Assembly: GCA_046563655.1 (NCBI GenBank)
Contig: CM102285.1
Span: 1,860,001-1,924,000, forward strand
Origin: Yuukianura sp. NJ FZ-2021
Taxonomy: Eukaryota
Reading direction: 5' to 3'
Length of the DNA: 64,000 nt
The notes below the pieces were generated by a model. It searched no databases. It saw only the letters and a program-made list of their open reading frames with translations, and was not told the DNA's origin. Below are positions 17,979 to 29,400 of this stretch, one piece after another. Every line of letters begins with the position of its first letter. Position 1 is the first letter of the stretch. The position numbers and the translations under genes are program-made.

Positions 17979-20900
17979 TCAATAGTAATCTGATAAATCT
18001 TCGTCGTCGTCTACACCATCCAAGGGCATCATACCCAAAGATGTGAAAACGGACAACGAGTTTGAGCGAGAATTTAGTGATGAGTTGTTAACTCCAGTGT
18101 CACTGCGGAGGCGAATGAGGCCCGTGGAATCTACCAATTCGTCAAGCGATTGCCCTGAAAATTTTCAGAAAACGATTAACATTTTTCGAAAGGCGTTTTT
18201 TTTATAGCAACTTACATTCAAAAACTGCAAGCTCGTTAGTAAGAACTCTTTGTTTGGGACCGAAAGCTCCTGGGAATCCATACTGTTTGAAATTCTCAAA
18301 AATGTCTTTCGTAGGATTCCAGACTTCTGGAGTTGACTCGATACGGCGAATGTGTCCGATGTGTAGGATTTGACAAGATTCGTCAACTGGCATCCAACAA
18401 AAAGAAAATATTGCTTCGTACTTTTGTCTTGAATCGACAAACGAACGTAGATTCGACGTTGCTGTCAGCTGTTCGTGCCCCGTCTGAACGTGCCTAAAGA
18501 GCAAATCATCGGTATCACTTCTTACAGCTCGAAAATTCAAAATCTGACATTTTTAATAAAAAATGAAAAACTTGACAGACTTACCTTGAATCCTTTTGCA
18601 GATCCGAAGCATGAATCAAAACAGCAGCTACGGCGGTGACGTTTCCCTTCTCCGGACATACCTAAGCAAGGAATTTCACATTATTCACCAGAAGTCAATT
18701 TCCAGAAAGTGGTTCACTTACATCCAAAATGGCGACATCGTAATCAAAACAAGAAATGAAGTTTTTGTCAGCTGACAGACAAATCATCCCGGCAACTTCG
18801 TTACACAGAATTTCCAGTTCCAGCGTCCTCTGCAACACCTCCACCACCGGAATCGAACTGCCATTTACTTTGGAGTTGCTTATAAGTTGCAAACTTCTGT
18901 AACCAGTTCCATGTACATCTGAAATTAACAGAACAAACGTTGAATTAACGATTAATTTCAAACTTTAAACTTAAAACAGACTAATCAAGGCAGATGAGAA
19001 ATTGAGGATGACATTACCCAGGTTCATCGCCACTGGAAATGGAGCCGTCTGGTTATACTCATCATCTGTGTCAGTCTTTACAGACGAATTGTCATCATCC
19101 TTATCGACATAACATCGCAGAATTTTTGCAATGCAATTCACAGTGGTTGTAAAAGTTGGTTTTGAGGTTGTCCTTACTTCATCCTTGTCATGTTTGTCCA
19201 TAGCAGTGGTAACAGCTGTTAAGTCACAAGGATCTTCAACCAACACGGTTTCTGGAGACGGACGATGAGACAGTTTCGACGAATCAAAGGATCCTTCACA
19301 AAATTCGCGTGTCAGCGGGGGTGAAAATAATGGGTGAGTTGGACTCATTTTGCTCAGATTCGTGTAATTTGTCAACGGTCGTAAAATGTCAGCAAGTTCT
19401 GAGTAGTTGGGTGACATTGCAGGAGAATGAACTGTGAGAGTCCGCGGTGACCGTGGATAACCACCCATTCCAGAGTCACATCCTAAACAGTCAGTTGGAC
19501 TTGCATTCTCAGCTGATCGTGGACTCTTAGATCCGCTGCTGCTGCTGAATATGCTTGTAGTTGATATGCGTTTCCGTCCACGGTTTCTTGCCAGTTTTAG
19601 TGGAACTAAATTTTCAGAAGAAACGTCGGCATCTGAGAACTCGTACTGTTTATCAGCATTTCTGCGTTTACGATATGAGCTGAGACTGCGCTCCAGAAGG
19701 ACTTCTTCCACACCGACATCGAAAATGTCGTATGTCTTTTCAACGGATTTGGATGCTACTGAGGAAGTACTCGGACCAGAACGTGTCACGGCCTTATCTA
19801 CGTTTTTCTTCGTCGTGGCTTGACCAGTTTTGAAGAACTTCCTTCTTGGAGGTGGCGGCATGGCGGACATGACTTTCCTGGCAGTTTCGACAGTAGTGAC
19901 TTTCCTAGCGTTTTCGTTTGAAGAACATCCGGATCCGACAAAAGTTCGTTTCGGCGGTGATATTGGTCTCTCCACTTCTTTTTCCTGTGTTTCCGTTTCA
20001 GTAGTTGAGAACTGGGATAAGTTGGTTGAGCGAGACAACGAAGACATGACTGAAAGTTCAGAGTCAACTGAGCTCTGAGACAGTCGCCTAAATTGCTTAT
20101 GGCAAGAAGACTTCGTCGTGTCACTGTCAGTGAAGTTCATAGAAAGCGGAATAGACAACAGAAAAGCCTCTTGGTCAGCAACACAATTTTGGTGTTCCCA
20201 ATCACATTTGCCAGCGGCATCAGTCTTCGTAGAACTATTACTGTTTGGTGCTGCTATAATCCGCGCAGCATCTCGGGATGAGCAATTCGACAGTATTTTC
20301 TGAAGGCAATTCTGAAGCTGGAACCAAAAGTCACATCGCAGGAGCCTTTTTTTATGTTTTGCTTCGTGGTGTTTCGGCGGTGTAAGGAGTTCGGAGATAA
20401 ATGCGGATTCAGTGTGGGGTCGACTGATGTTATACGAAAAAATATGAAGAGCGTTTCCAGTATTGAGCACTATCGAATTATTCACCTTGAGCTGAATATC
20501 AAAGTCAAAGTTTGGAAATGGTGACACTCTTTCGTACACTAGATGAGTTGTGATGCAGTGGCGCAGACATTTTCCCTTCTCCAATCCAAAATCACCCCGA
20601 ATGTCAAGTGCTAAAATGAAATAATTGACTAGTTAAAGTTAACTCATTAATGATGAAGAAAAACAGGATATACATAAATACCATCGTCGAAATCAAACGT
20701 AGCTTCTTGAAGATTGCAGTCTTTACAAGCGGATACAGATGGAAGAGTTGTCATTGTAACGTAAAACAGAGATCGGACGCCACCAATTTCGGGAGAGTAG
20801 CTGGTAGCAAAACAAAGTCCAAATCAATTAGTAATCGGTATCAAACCCATCAGTGAGAAAAATACTTTCCAACTTACTTTCGGCCTAAAATTAATATACG

Positions 20901-21543
20901 AGAATCGTCTCCCCTCCATTGAGAAGTATCAATTAGCAAGTTATTATCCGCTATACCGCTGTTGCTAAAGAGAATGACACTGGCTATCCGTTTTGACTGC
21001 TTATACGGTATAAAAATCCAGATGTGTAGTTTGTAGAAGAAGGCCAATTCGTTTCGGTTGTATTCATTTTCAAATTCTTCCCGAATGGTATAGGACAACA
21101 AGAATCGGCCGCAGTCAGTGAACCCAAGAAAAATGTGCCTAAATAAAGACATTAGTCATTACATTAGACATTACTCCAGTAAAACTAAGACAAAGAGATG
21201 AACGGTAAACGGACGTACCCGCTTTGCAGCGCACTGGCTGGCAGGATCGTTTCCATTGGCATACTCAATCTGTCGGGAACAACGTTTCCGAATATGTTCC
21301 TTTGTATAGACACACCAGAAACCTGAAATCATACAAACACACATATTATTATCGATTGACATTTAAGACTAATGATGCCATGAAACACACGTTCCAGGTC
21401 CAATTTTGGATATGAATGTAACATAACCCAGTGTCAAGTACTTTGTGAGTTAATCTGACCTCTCGTTCCAGTAAATTGTGTATCACCGATGATCTGGATC
21501 GACGGCGACCGTACCCTGAATAGGCAGACCGTTTTGCGGCCAT
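17979..21543 (-). CDS. DCAF15: DDB1- and CUL4-associated factor 15-like, multi-exon, with a long Ser-rich central insert
   Basis: HIFLGFTDCGRFLLSYT and FYKLHIWIFIP at the N-terminus, CLRHCITTHLVYE/PFPNF/IVLNTGN, and C-terminal VLTNE...SL. The last exon ends at TGA 17981-17979. Internal exon limits are approximate. Confidence 0.8.
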
Positions 21544-22674
21544 GGTCTTCTGGACGAATACGAATGAGTGTACGACGCTGACAAGGCAATTGTCAGCATA
21601 TTATACAACAATCTCCATCACTTACTAAAGTCTGCAGTGAAGAAGTCTGCACTCTGCACTGGAAATCGCAAGTTTATTTTTTTCAGAAGATCAAAACAAA
21701 GGTTTTGTTTTTGGTTGAAAGCAGGGTTAGTCATTCCAATGATTCCATTAATCTAATACCCATTCAAACAGAGCAATTCAGCTTGTCACGAGTTCGACTA
21801 CAATAAACAATTAGTAGTAAAATTTCTCGGGTTTTATGAAGCAATTAACAGTTTTACGCATAGCTTGCGTTTTAATTTTAGTTGCGTGACTGTGTTCTGT
21901 GTCAATTTAATTTACGACATTATCTCTATGGGTACAACAGTTACAACGCAGCGTTATGTCCCGCGATTATTACACTAATACTCTGTGAAGTCGGAAAATC
22001 GGATCAAAATTAAAGCTTGGGGACAGGCAACCAGAGTTTCATCTGTTGTAACCACAATTTTAACTATTACCATCAATCCTTGTAACCACTCGGGTTACAA
22101 AAGTGTTACAAAAGTAGTAAAGTGGTTACAGAATTCAAAAGAACCAATAGCACTTAAATGAAAACCAATGTATCCTTTTTAATTCCACCCGCACAATTTT
22201 AATTACAAGCTCTTAATTACAACCCGCTGCGCTGATGCTAACTACACAGACATTTTCAAAAAAAATGAAAAGAGAAAAATTTATTATTTCTCAAAAATAA
22301 TTAAATCAAAGATGAAACTCATGACAGGCAATATGCATATTATATTACTTAAAAATTTATGTACAAAAATTAATATCAACTTTCAATATGATTTCACTTT
22401 CAGGGGAAAATGTATATTACAAGCACAAACTTTCACACGCATGTGCAAAGCGGATTCTTTCCTCCAACATGGTTGAACCATTTCTGGTTTGGCATTTTGA
22501 TGGAAATTCATGGAAATACAATAATTTTAAGTTCCTAGGTTTCAGCGAAGTATCATATTTTATTCAAGAAGATTAGCCTACTTTAGCTTTTTCAAAACGT
22601 ACTTAAAGAAAAACTAGCTTGAAAAACTTAAAATCTGTAAAATCTCACGCTAATAAATAATTCAAGTAAAGGGT

Positions 22675-24475
22675 CTAAACCCGGTGCAACCTGTGCATTC
22701 TAGCACTCTTGGTCAACGTTCTGCTATCGCTCATGTCGTTATGGAACGGAAAGCGCAATATTCGCTTACGCAGCAACACTTGAACGACGGCATGAAAGTT
22801 TTCTGTTCGTCGTATGATATCCTTCCGAATATTGTCAAGGTCCCGATCGGAAAACTCCCTCAGAAAGTCTTTCTTGACGAAGATGAAGTCGTTAGCAAGC
22901 CTGTTTCCATGAGTCACTTCGCTATGGACTACGTATCCCTGGTCATCCATGAACTTCCGAATCGCAAATTTTCCTTCAACGTTATGGGTGAACTCTACCG
23001 AGAGTGTCTTGATGTCAAACTTGTCGAACGGAATCGTCCTCAGAATGTCCAACTCAGAACCTTCAACATCCAAACTGAAGTAATCCACAGTTGTCACGTT
23101 CATGGCTACGAGCATACTCTCCAACGGGAAACACTGGACGTCGACAAAACTGTGTTCGATGAATCCCGCAGTGACGTCTTCAGCGATCTTGCCCCGGTTT
23201 CCCATTTGTTGGAATGAAACCTGGATCGAATTTAAACATGGTCGGAGTATATTAATAATACAGGATTTTCCCAAATAGTACACCCAGTGTTATCATTGGA
23301 ACCCGGCGTACTACTCCGAGCAACCTAACCTGAAAAAAACTTTGGTGTTTTTCTGCTGAGCGATTAGCGAAATAAAAACGTTTTTGCCAGAATCTCACAT
23401 TGCCCCAACCACATTCCAGATTGTTTTAACAAGATTTAAAATGTGTCAAATTAATTTAAGAAATGGCATTAATAAACTGAAAAGTCAATTATGCCTTTTT
23501 AAACTTCAGCTTCATATTCATTTTAAATATTTTTAACTTTTTTAGTTAACGTTTATTATTCAAAAATTTTCGAATGGGGTTGGGGCGATATGAGATTTTT
23601 TAAAAACCTTGCCTTTTTTTCTCGCTCAGTCAGTAGAAAAACACAAAGGTTTTTTCTTGTGTAGGATCGAACCTGACAGCTCATTTAGTAGAGGATCACC
23701 TTCTCGGAGCAAACGTATGCGGGTTCGAGTCTCACTCGGTTCGTTATTTTTTTCTGCACTGTCGTTCTCTGTCTCTCGGACCATATGAGCCGTGAACCTC
23801 ACAGTACTAAGTACTATTTGGGAAAATACGGTAAGTTAAACAGTCGGTCAGAACATTACCATCTCAGGATACTTGTGTGTACTGAGGCAAACTGGAGATA
23901 ACCAAGCGTTACGTCGTTTCTCTTTAAGATTGGCGTAGTTCTTAGGATCGGCTTCAATCAGTAGTCCGTTCCAATGAAGAAATCGTTCCATGTACAAAGT
24001 ATTTGACCGAGCTTCGCCATCGAGAGCACCACATTCGACAAAAAAGCCTGGCGTTGCCCGTTTCCGGTTCTTGAAGAAACGTCGAATCACAGTTGACTGT
24101 CCAATGGAGGGATCTTGAACTTTAGGGTTTTTCAGGTTGTAAAAGTTGTGTTTGGGTGGACTTTCCAAGAACTTAGTACGGATCTTCTGGATTACGTCAG
24201 GATCCCTTGAAGAAACGCTTGGACCGTTGACGTTGAACTCGTAATATTCTGAACAAGAAAACCAGATATGGAAAATGTTTTGCAAAAATCAGAATCAAAG
24301 TCATAGATTTTCCATGCCTACCTGGTTTCCATTGATGCTGACGCCCGAACTGCATTATACTTATTTCGTGACTCAGGTGTAAGTAGCTAATCAATGCGAT
24401 TACGATCAGACATCCTAAACTAAATAAAAAGTACTTGTTGACAAAAGGCGGACTGGCTCGCGATTTTTGTTCCAT
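22675..24475 (-). CDS. Star-like type II membrane protein with FkbM (Methyltransf_21) domain, exons 24475-24322, 24248-23860, 23220-22675
   Basis: N-terminal TM; GFFVECGALDGEARSNTLYMERFLHWNGLLIEADP; VQCFPLES; VDYFSLDVEGSELDILRTIPFDKFDIKTLSVE. Confidence 0.88.
23333..23655. mobile_element. Intronic MITE-like foldback element
   Basis: Imperfect inverted arms of ~85 bp: ctttggtgtttttctgctga...aatctcacattgccccaacc versus ggttggggcgatatgagatt...tcagtagaaaaacacaaagg. Confidence 0.55.
23669..23743 (+). pseudogene. tRNA-derived sequence (pseudo-tRNA or SINE head) in intron 2 of the Star-like gene
   Basis: Degenerate A box cagctcatttagtagag, B box ggttcgagtct, and acceptor-like pairing gaacc..ga / tcggttc at tRNA spacing, followed by a T7 run. 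The anticodon arm is poorly formed. Confidence 0.5.
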
Positions 24476-26452
24476 AGTTAACGAACAACCAATTGGTTAA
24501 TCGTTTGCAGCAAGCTGATTCTGTTAGAGTCTATAGCTAATCACTTCGGATTCTGTTTGGTATTGGTTTATAGCCTAGACAAATATAGCTTCACTTTTAG
24601 AATATTTACAGGTCCCTATCAAGGTCTGTTGATTAATTTTCTTTAACGATTACACCGTAAATTGTAACAATTTTTATGATTTAAACGATTTTTTAAATCG
24701 TACGAATTACTCTGGTCTCACTGCATGGCAAGATAAATAGAATACTCGCACTGCATTTGACGAATTGTTTTCAAAAAAATAAACAAATTCAAAAAGTTGT
24801 TTCCAAGTGACCCCGGTTGGAAGTAACGAAAACGCTTTTTTTTAATATTAATTTTAATTTACTTCGAAATTTTAACCCCAATTACGTGTTAATTAGAAAT
24901 TCGGATTAATGAATGATTTGGAAGGTGGTGAGAAATTTTAGCATTCCAAAATTCATGACGGTTTCGACGTTATGCTTGCGCCTTCGATTCGCTTTTCGGG
25001 TACAATATGGAACGAAATTCCTTCGTTTAACAAACATTGTACATGTTGCAAACCTGCGGAAATTCGAGCCACGGCGGAGGCAACTGAAGCGGACTGTATG
25101 ACGCAGTTACTTGAGTCGCAGTTACTTCATTTGTCAAATTCAATTGTTGTACTTAGGAACGGCGAGAAAGTGGGAGCGCTCCAACTTGATGTTGAAACGT
25201 TCCCGGCTCAGGCTTTTGCTGATTTTGTCCAGAAACCCAAGAAATAAACTACGCTTTGGAAAAAAAAAGCAGCATTCCAACAGAGTCTTTCTAACTTTTA
25301 GATTTGTTTTTTGTAAAAAAAATACGAAGGAAAACTATTAAAAAAATCAATGTGCTCCATCAATTTGTCAAAAAATTTTATCGATCCTACATAAAGTTTA
25401 CGAAAAAAAAATACATTTGGCTTGTTAGAGAATTATGAAAATCACAAATTACGAGAGAAAGTCAGGTTTAACACAAAACTTTACTAAAAATTTTTTTTTC
25501 AAAGCTTTTGGACCACTTTGTACATACTGGCCATATGGCGTCAAATATACATAGGTTTACACTAATAAAACACCGTAGTTTTTGACGTTCCAATTTCGGC
25601 CAAGTTCTGCAGAGTCAAGGTAAGTGCGGACGTGAGAAGATAATAGAAAGCAGACACGGAAAGAAAGTTGGTTGAAAGTAATCTCCTAGTGAAAGCCGGT
25701 TGAAGTGAACAAGACCCAGCACGGATGTAACCACATGCGCCTTCACCTGTTGAAACTCGTAACTTTGTACCCACATGTTACGTTGTACAATAATTCGAAA
25801 TGTTAAAAATTCAAAACCTGAAATTGAACAAAGTTAATTATGTAATTGGTGCTGACCCTGATGGTTCCACTTTGTAGTTACAACTAGGATGTTGTCCGCC
25901 TAACTTCAACCCAAAACTTGTTGATATCCGCCCAAAATGGATTACCGGATCATCGCCTTGTTCCAATTGTTTGTTTAGCAAATTACTACAACTTCAAACA
26001 GTCACGACCAACAGGGTTATTATTAAGATCATCCATTAGTCTCTCACGATAAGCCCTGCCGGTTTCATCTGCCTTTTGTTCAAAAGTGACAAAATTATTT
26101 TCAAAAAGTGAATTTTTTTTAAAATTATGTTTTAAAAATTGCGATGAAACGAAGCTTTTAACCCGTTTGAGAAATTTTGGTCAAAGAAACTGTGTACCTT
26201 GTTTGAAAATCTTTGGTGAACGACGCTGCTTAGGTTTTTTAAGGTTGAAGAAATTGAAAATTTTTAACGTTGAACGCTCTGTGCAAAGTAAGTTGTGATT
26301 TGATTAAGATTTTGCTAATTTAAAAAATATTTGAAATGAAGCGAATTCGTGACGGTACTTTAACATCGGCTCGCAAGTACTTGCTGTGTTGTGATTCAAC
26401 GGACGTGGAAATTTTGAATCAGAAGAAAGGAAAGTGTTTCAACTGTTTGCGC

Positions 26453-29400
26453 ATGAGTAGTGATGACGCTGAGTCAAATTTGAGTGACGCCGGAGGCGGA
26501 GTTAATGGCGGAGAAGGCGGAGCTGCGACGTGGAAGAAAAAACGACATCCCCATTTAGGCAACATTTCAAAAATTGAGCACAAACTTACTGACGCAGTCT
26601 GCCTGCTTAGAGAAAGTCCATTTCGGATTCTGCGTGTAAGTTCTTAAAAATGCTTATGTTAAGTTACGTTAGGTTTTTTTTTTAAATTCCGCCAATAGTT
26701 GGAGTTTTATTGATTCATTAGCAGCGATGTCAAAAATATGTGCTAAAACCCCGAAATATGGACAAAAGAAAATATTTTTTTTAAAAATCGCCCAAATATT
26801 TACTTATTCAACTTTAAGGGCATGGGCAAATAAATAAGTATTTAGAAACAAAAACCTCCCAAATATTTTTTTTGTTAATATTACGGGCATGAATAGTAAA
26901 TATGTTTGACATCCTTGTTCATTAGCGTCCTACTTGTTGAACGATAGTTAGGGTTTCAATTGAAAACGTCTGCTTCACTTTTCGTCAGTTTTTCCTCATT
27001 TTTTTCCAACTCAAACTCCTGCTGTTTAAAATTCGCTGTGATCAGATTTTGCAATCCAGCGCAAAACAATGTTATAAATGAGTCATAGTGTTTGAAATTC
27101 GAAGTATGTTTGTTCAAAAAAACATAAAATATTTTTGTTCAATTAATTGCAAGCCCAGTTTTGTCCAGTTTTTTGGAAACTGTCAGTCCCAGTCGCAGTT
27201 GTTGATACTGTTCCTTGCAACCCAATTTTACTTTCACGGCGGCGTAGTGAGTTCCGGCATGCAAAATCCATCTACAAATCCTACGTTTTTGAAAATTTAC
27301 TTCCTCCTGTTGAATTTTTGCTCAGAGTTGCAGACTGTGGCAATTGGGCCACTGGATAGTTCTGGTTGTGCTGTAGCGATTGTCAAATTATTCCCATTGA
27401 AATGCGAAAAGTGGAGCTCATGCGTTAGTGCCTCGGTTTGCCGAAATTGCCCGAACACAAAAAGCGCCAACACAAACAGGAAGATTCTTGCCAACATTTC
27501 AAAACGGCTGGCTTTTTAAGTTTTCGAATTTAAGTGTTTGGAGGCCAAGTTTCTAAGTATAAATTTTATTTTTTTTTTAAAATCAACAACACATGAATTT
27601 TAAATAATTTTCATCTTTTTTTTTGTACTTTTTTTTGGTAAATAAACTGACTACAATAGAAGGTTATCAAGAACTGCAAGGTGTGAAATCAGCTTATTGT
27701 AAGTCAAGAGTCACTTGGTTATTCTTGCATCCAAAAATATGGTTTTGTCCGACGCAAATGTTTCCGTGCGCTAGCTTCCAAGACAGTTTCGTCATGTTCC
27801 AGAAAGTGCAGAATTGACAGGAGCACTCTGCACGGTTTAGGTTGCTCTCTCCGTTCCAATTGCATCAACTGACTTGGAAATAAACATCTTTCAAAAACAA
27901 GAGCTTTAAAATGAACCTCTTCGCTTTCACTTTCCTTCACTTCCAATTCACTTTCACTTCATTCAGAGCCATAACGACGTCCTCAGTTTCAACATTTTTG
28001 ATTCAATTTTGTTCTAAATAAAATGATTCCATCGATTTTGAATCACAACTTTCCCAATTTTTAGCTTCAAAGGTGTTTCAAACATTAAAAATTTTGTTTT
28101 AAATTTACAAAGTGCCTCATGCAGTTGAAAGTTCTTAGTTTTCAATATTTTTGAATTTTGTGAACAATGAGTGGGTGTTGTGCAAAACCAAAAATTGTGC
28201 ATGACTTTGACATTGACACTCCAAACTTGGCCCAAATCAAAACCTATTTCCAAAATGAAACAGTTAGTTTGAGGCTCAAATCCATTGTGCGTGCAATTGC
28301 ACTTCGACGACTCCCTAGCATTGAAGAAATTATTGAGGTAAAAGTTTACAAGTTCGTATTTTTAAAAAAGTAGGCAATAGTTTAAAAATTATGAGCAAAG
28401 GTCACTACTTTTCAAACACTTTGCAAAGGTCACCAATAATTGAAAAAAAAAACCACAACAGAAGTGCTTGACGCAAAATTTTGAAAAAAAAAAAGTCAAA
28501 GAATAGTTTGTTTTGAAACGCGAAATGACACACGCACAGGCTAATTTTCTGCAAATTCATGGTTCTGGTAGTGAATCATTGTTGAAAATGTAGAGAATAG
28601 CAAGCTATTGCTCCGCATGAATTGCCACGAAACCAATTGCTCCGAAATGTAAATTTCGTTGAAACAGGATAAACTTATGGTAATGGGCTAGTATTAATAG
28701 TAATAGTAATAAATTTTACCGTTAAACTTATAATCATGACATTTCACTTGGTTGTATTATAATTATAAGGTTAGGCTAGTACTAACGATAAGTTCTAAAT
28801 ACTAACGTAAGTTAGTATGCGATACTATTTTCGGAGCAATTTAGGTTTCGGAGCAATTTATTCGGAGCAAAGGCATAAAACTCCGTTGGAGAGATAAAGT
28901 CAAAACAGGAAAAATATAGCTACTAAACCTATACAGTAATAATCGGGAAGCACACCATTTCATTGTATGAATTACAACGAAGTGAATTACCCCGAATGAA
29001 TTTCCCCGAAACCAATTACGCCGAAAGTTGAATTACACCAAAAATCCAATCAAAGCATGCTATTACATCGACAAAAAAACATCGAAAATACAAACACATC
29101 AACCGAAAAGACATCGACAGAAATTGTCTTTTTTATACCCAAAAATAAAAATTGGCATTTTGTTTTTGCAATTTTGCCAAAAAAAAATTTGTCCGGCTAT
29201 ACTGGCACAGTTAGACATACTGATCACGTATGGCTAGGTTGGCATGCGTTACGCGTAGTTAGGTTTGGTAAAGCTCGCCATAGTGACTACGTCTGTAGGT
29301 TCTACTATCTAAGTCTTGCTTATTAAATTTTCAAAATTTCAACATGGTTTTCCTTACTTAGGTTATGTAACCTTCTTCCTTATTTAATTACACGGCTTCT

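Noticed and set aside
22684-23217. 177-aa plus-strand ORF
   Set aside because: Antisense shadow of the last exon of the Star-like gene.
24913-26070. Short ORFs between the Star-like gene and TRPA1
   Set aside because: No coherent spliced model or recognisable motif; could be UTR or decayed sequence.
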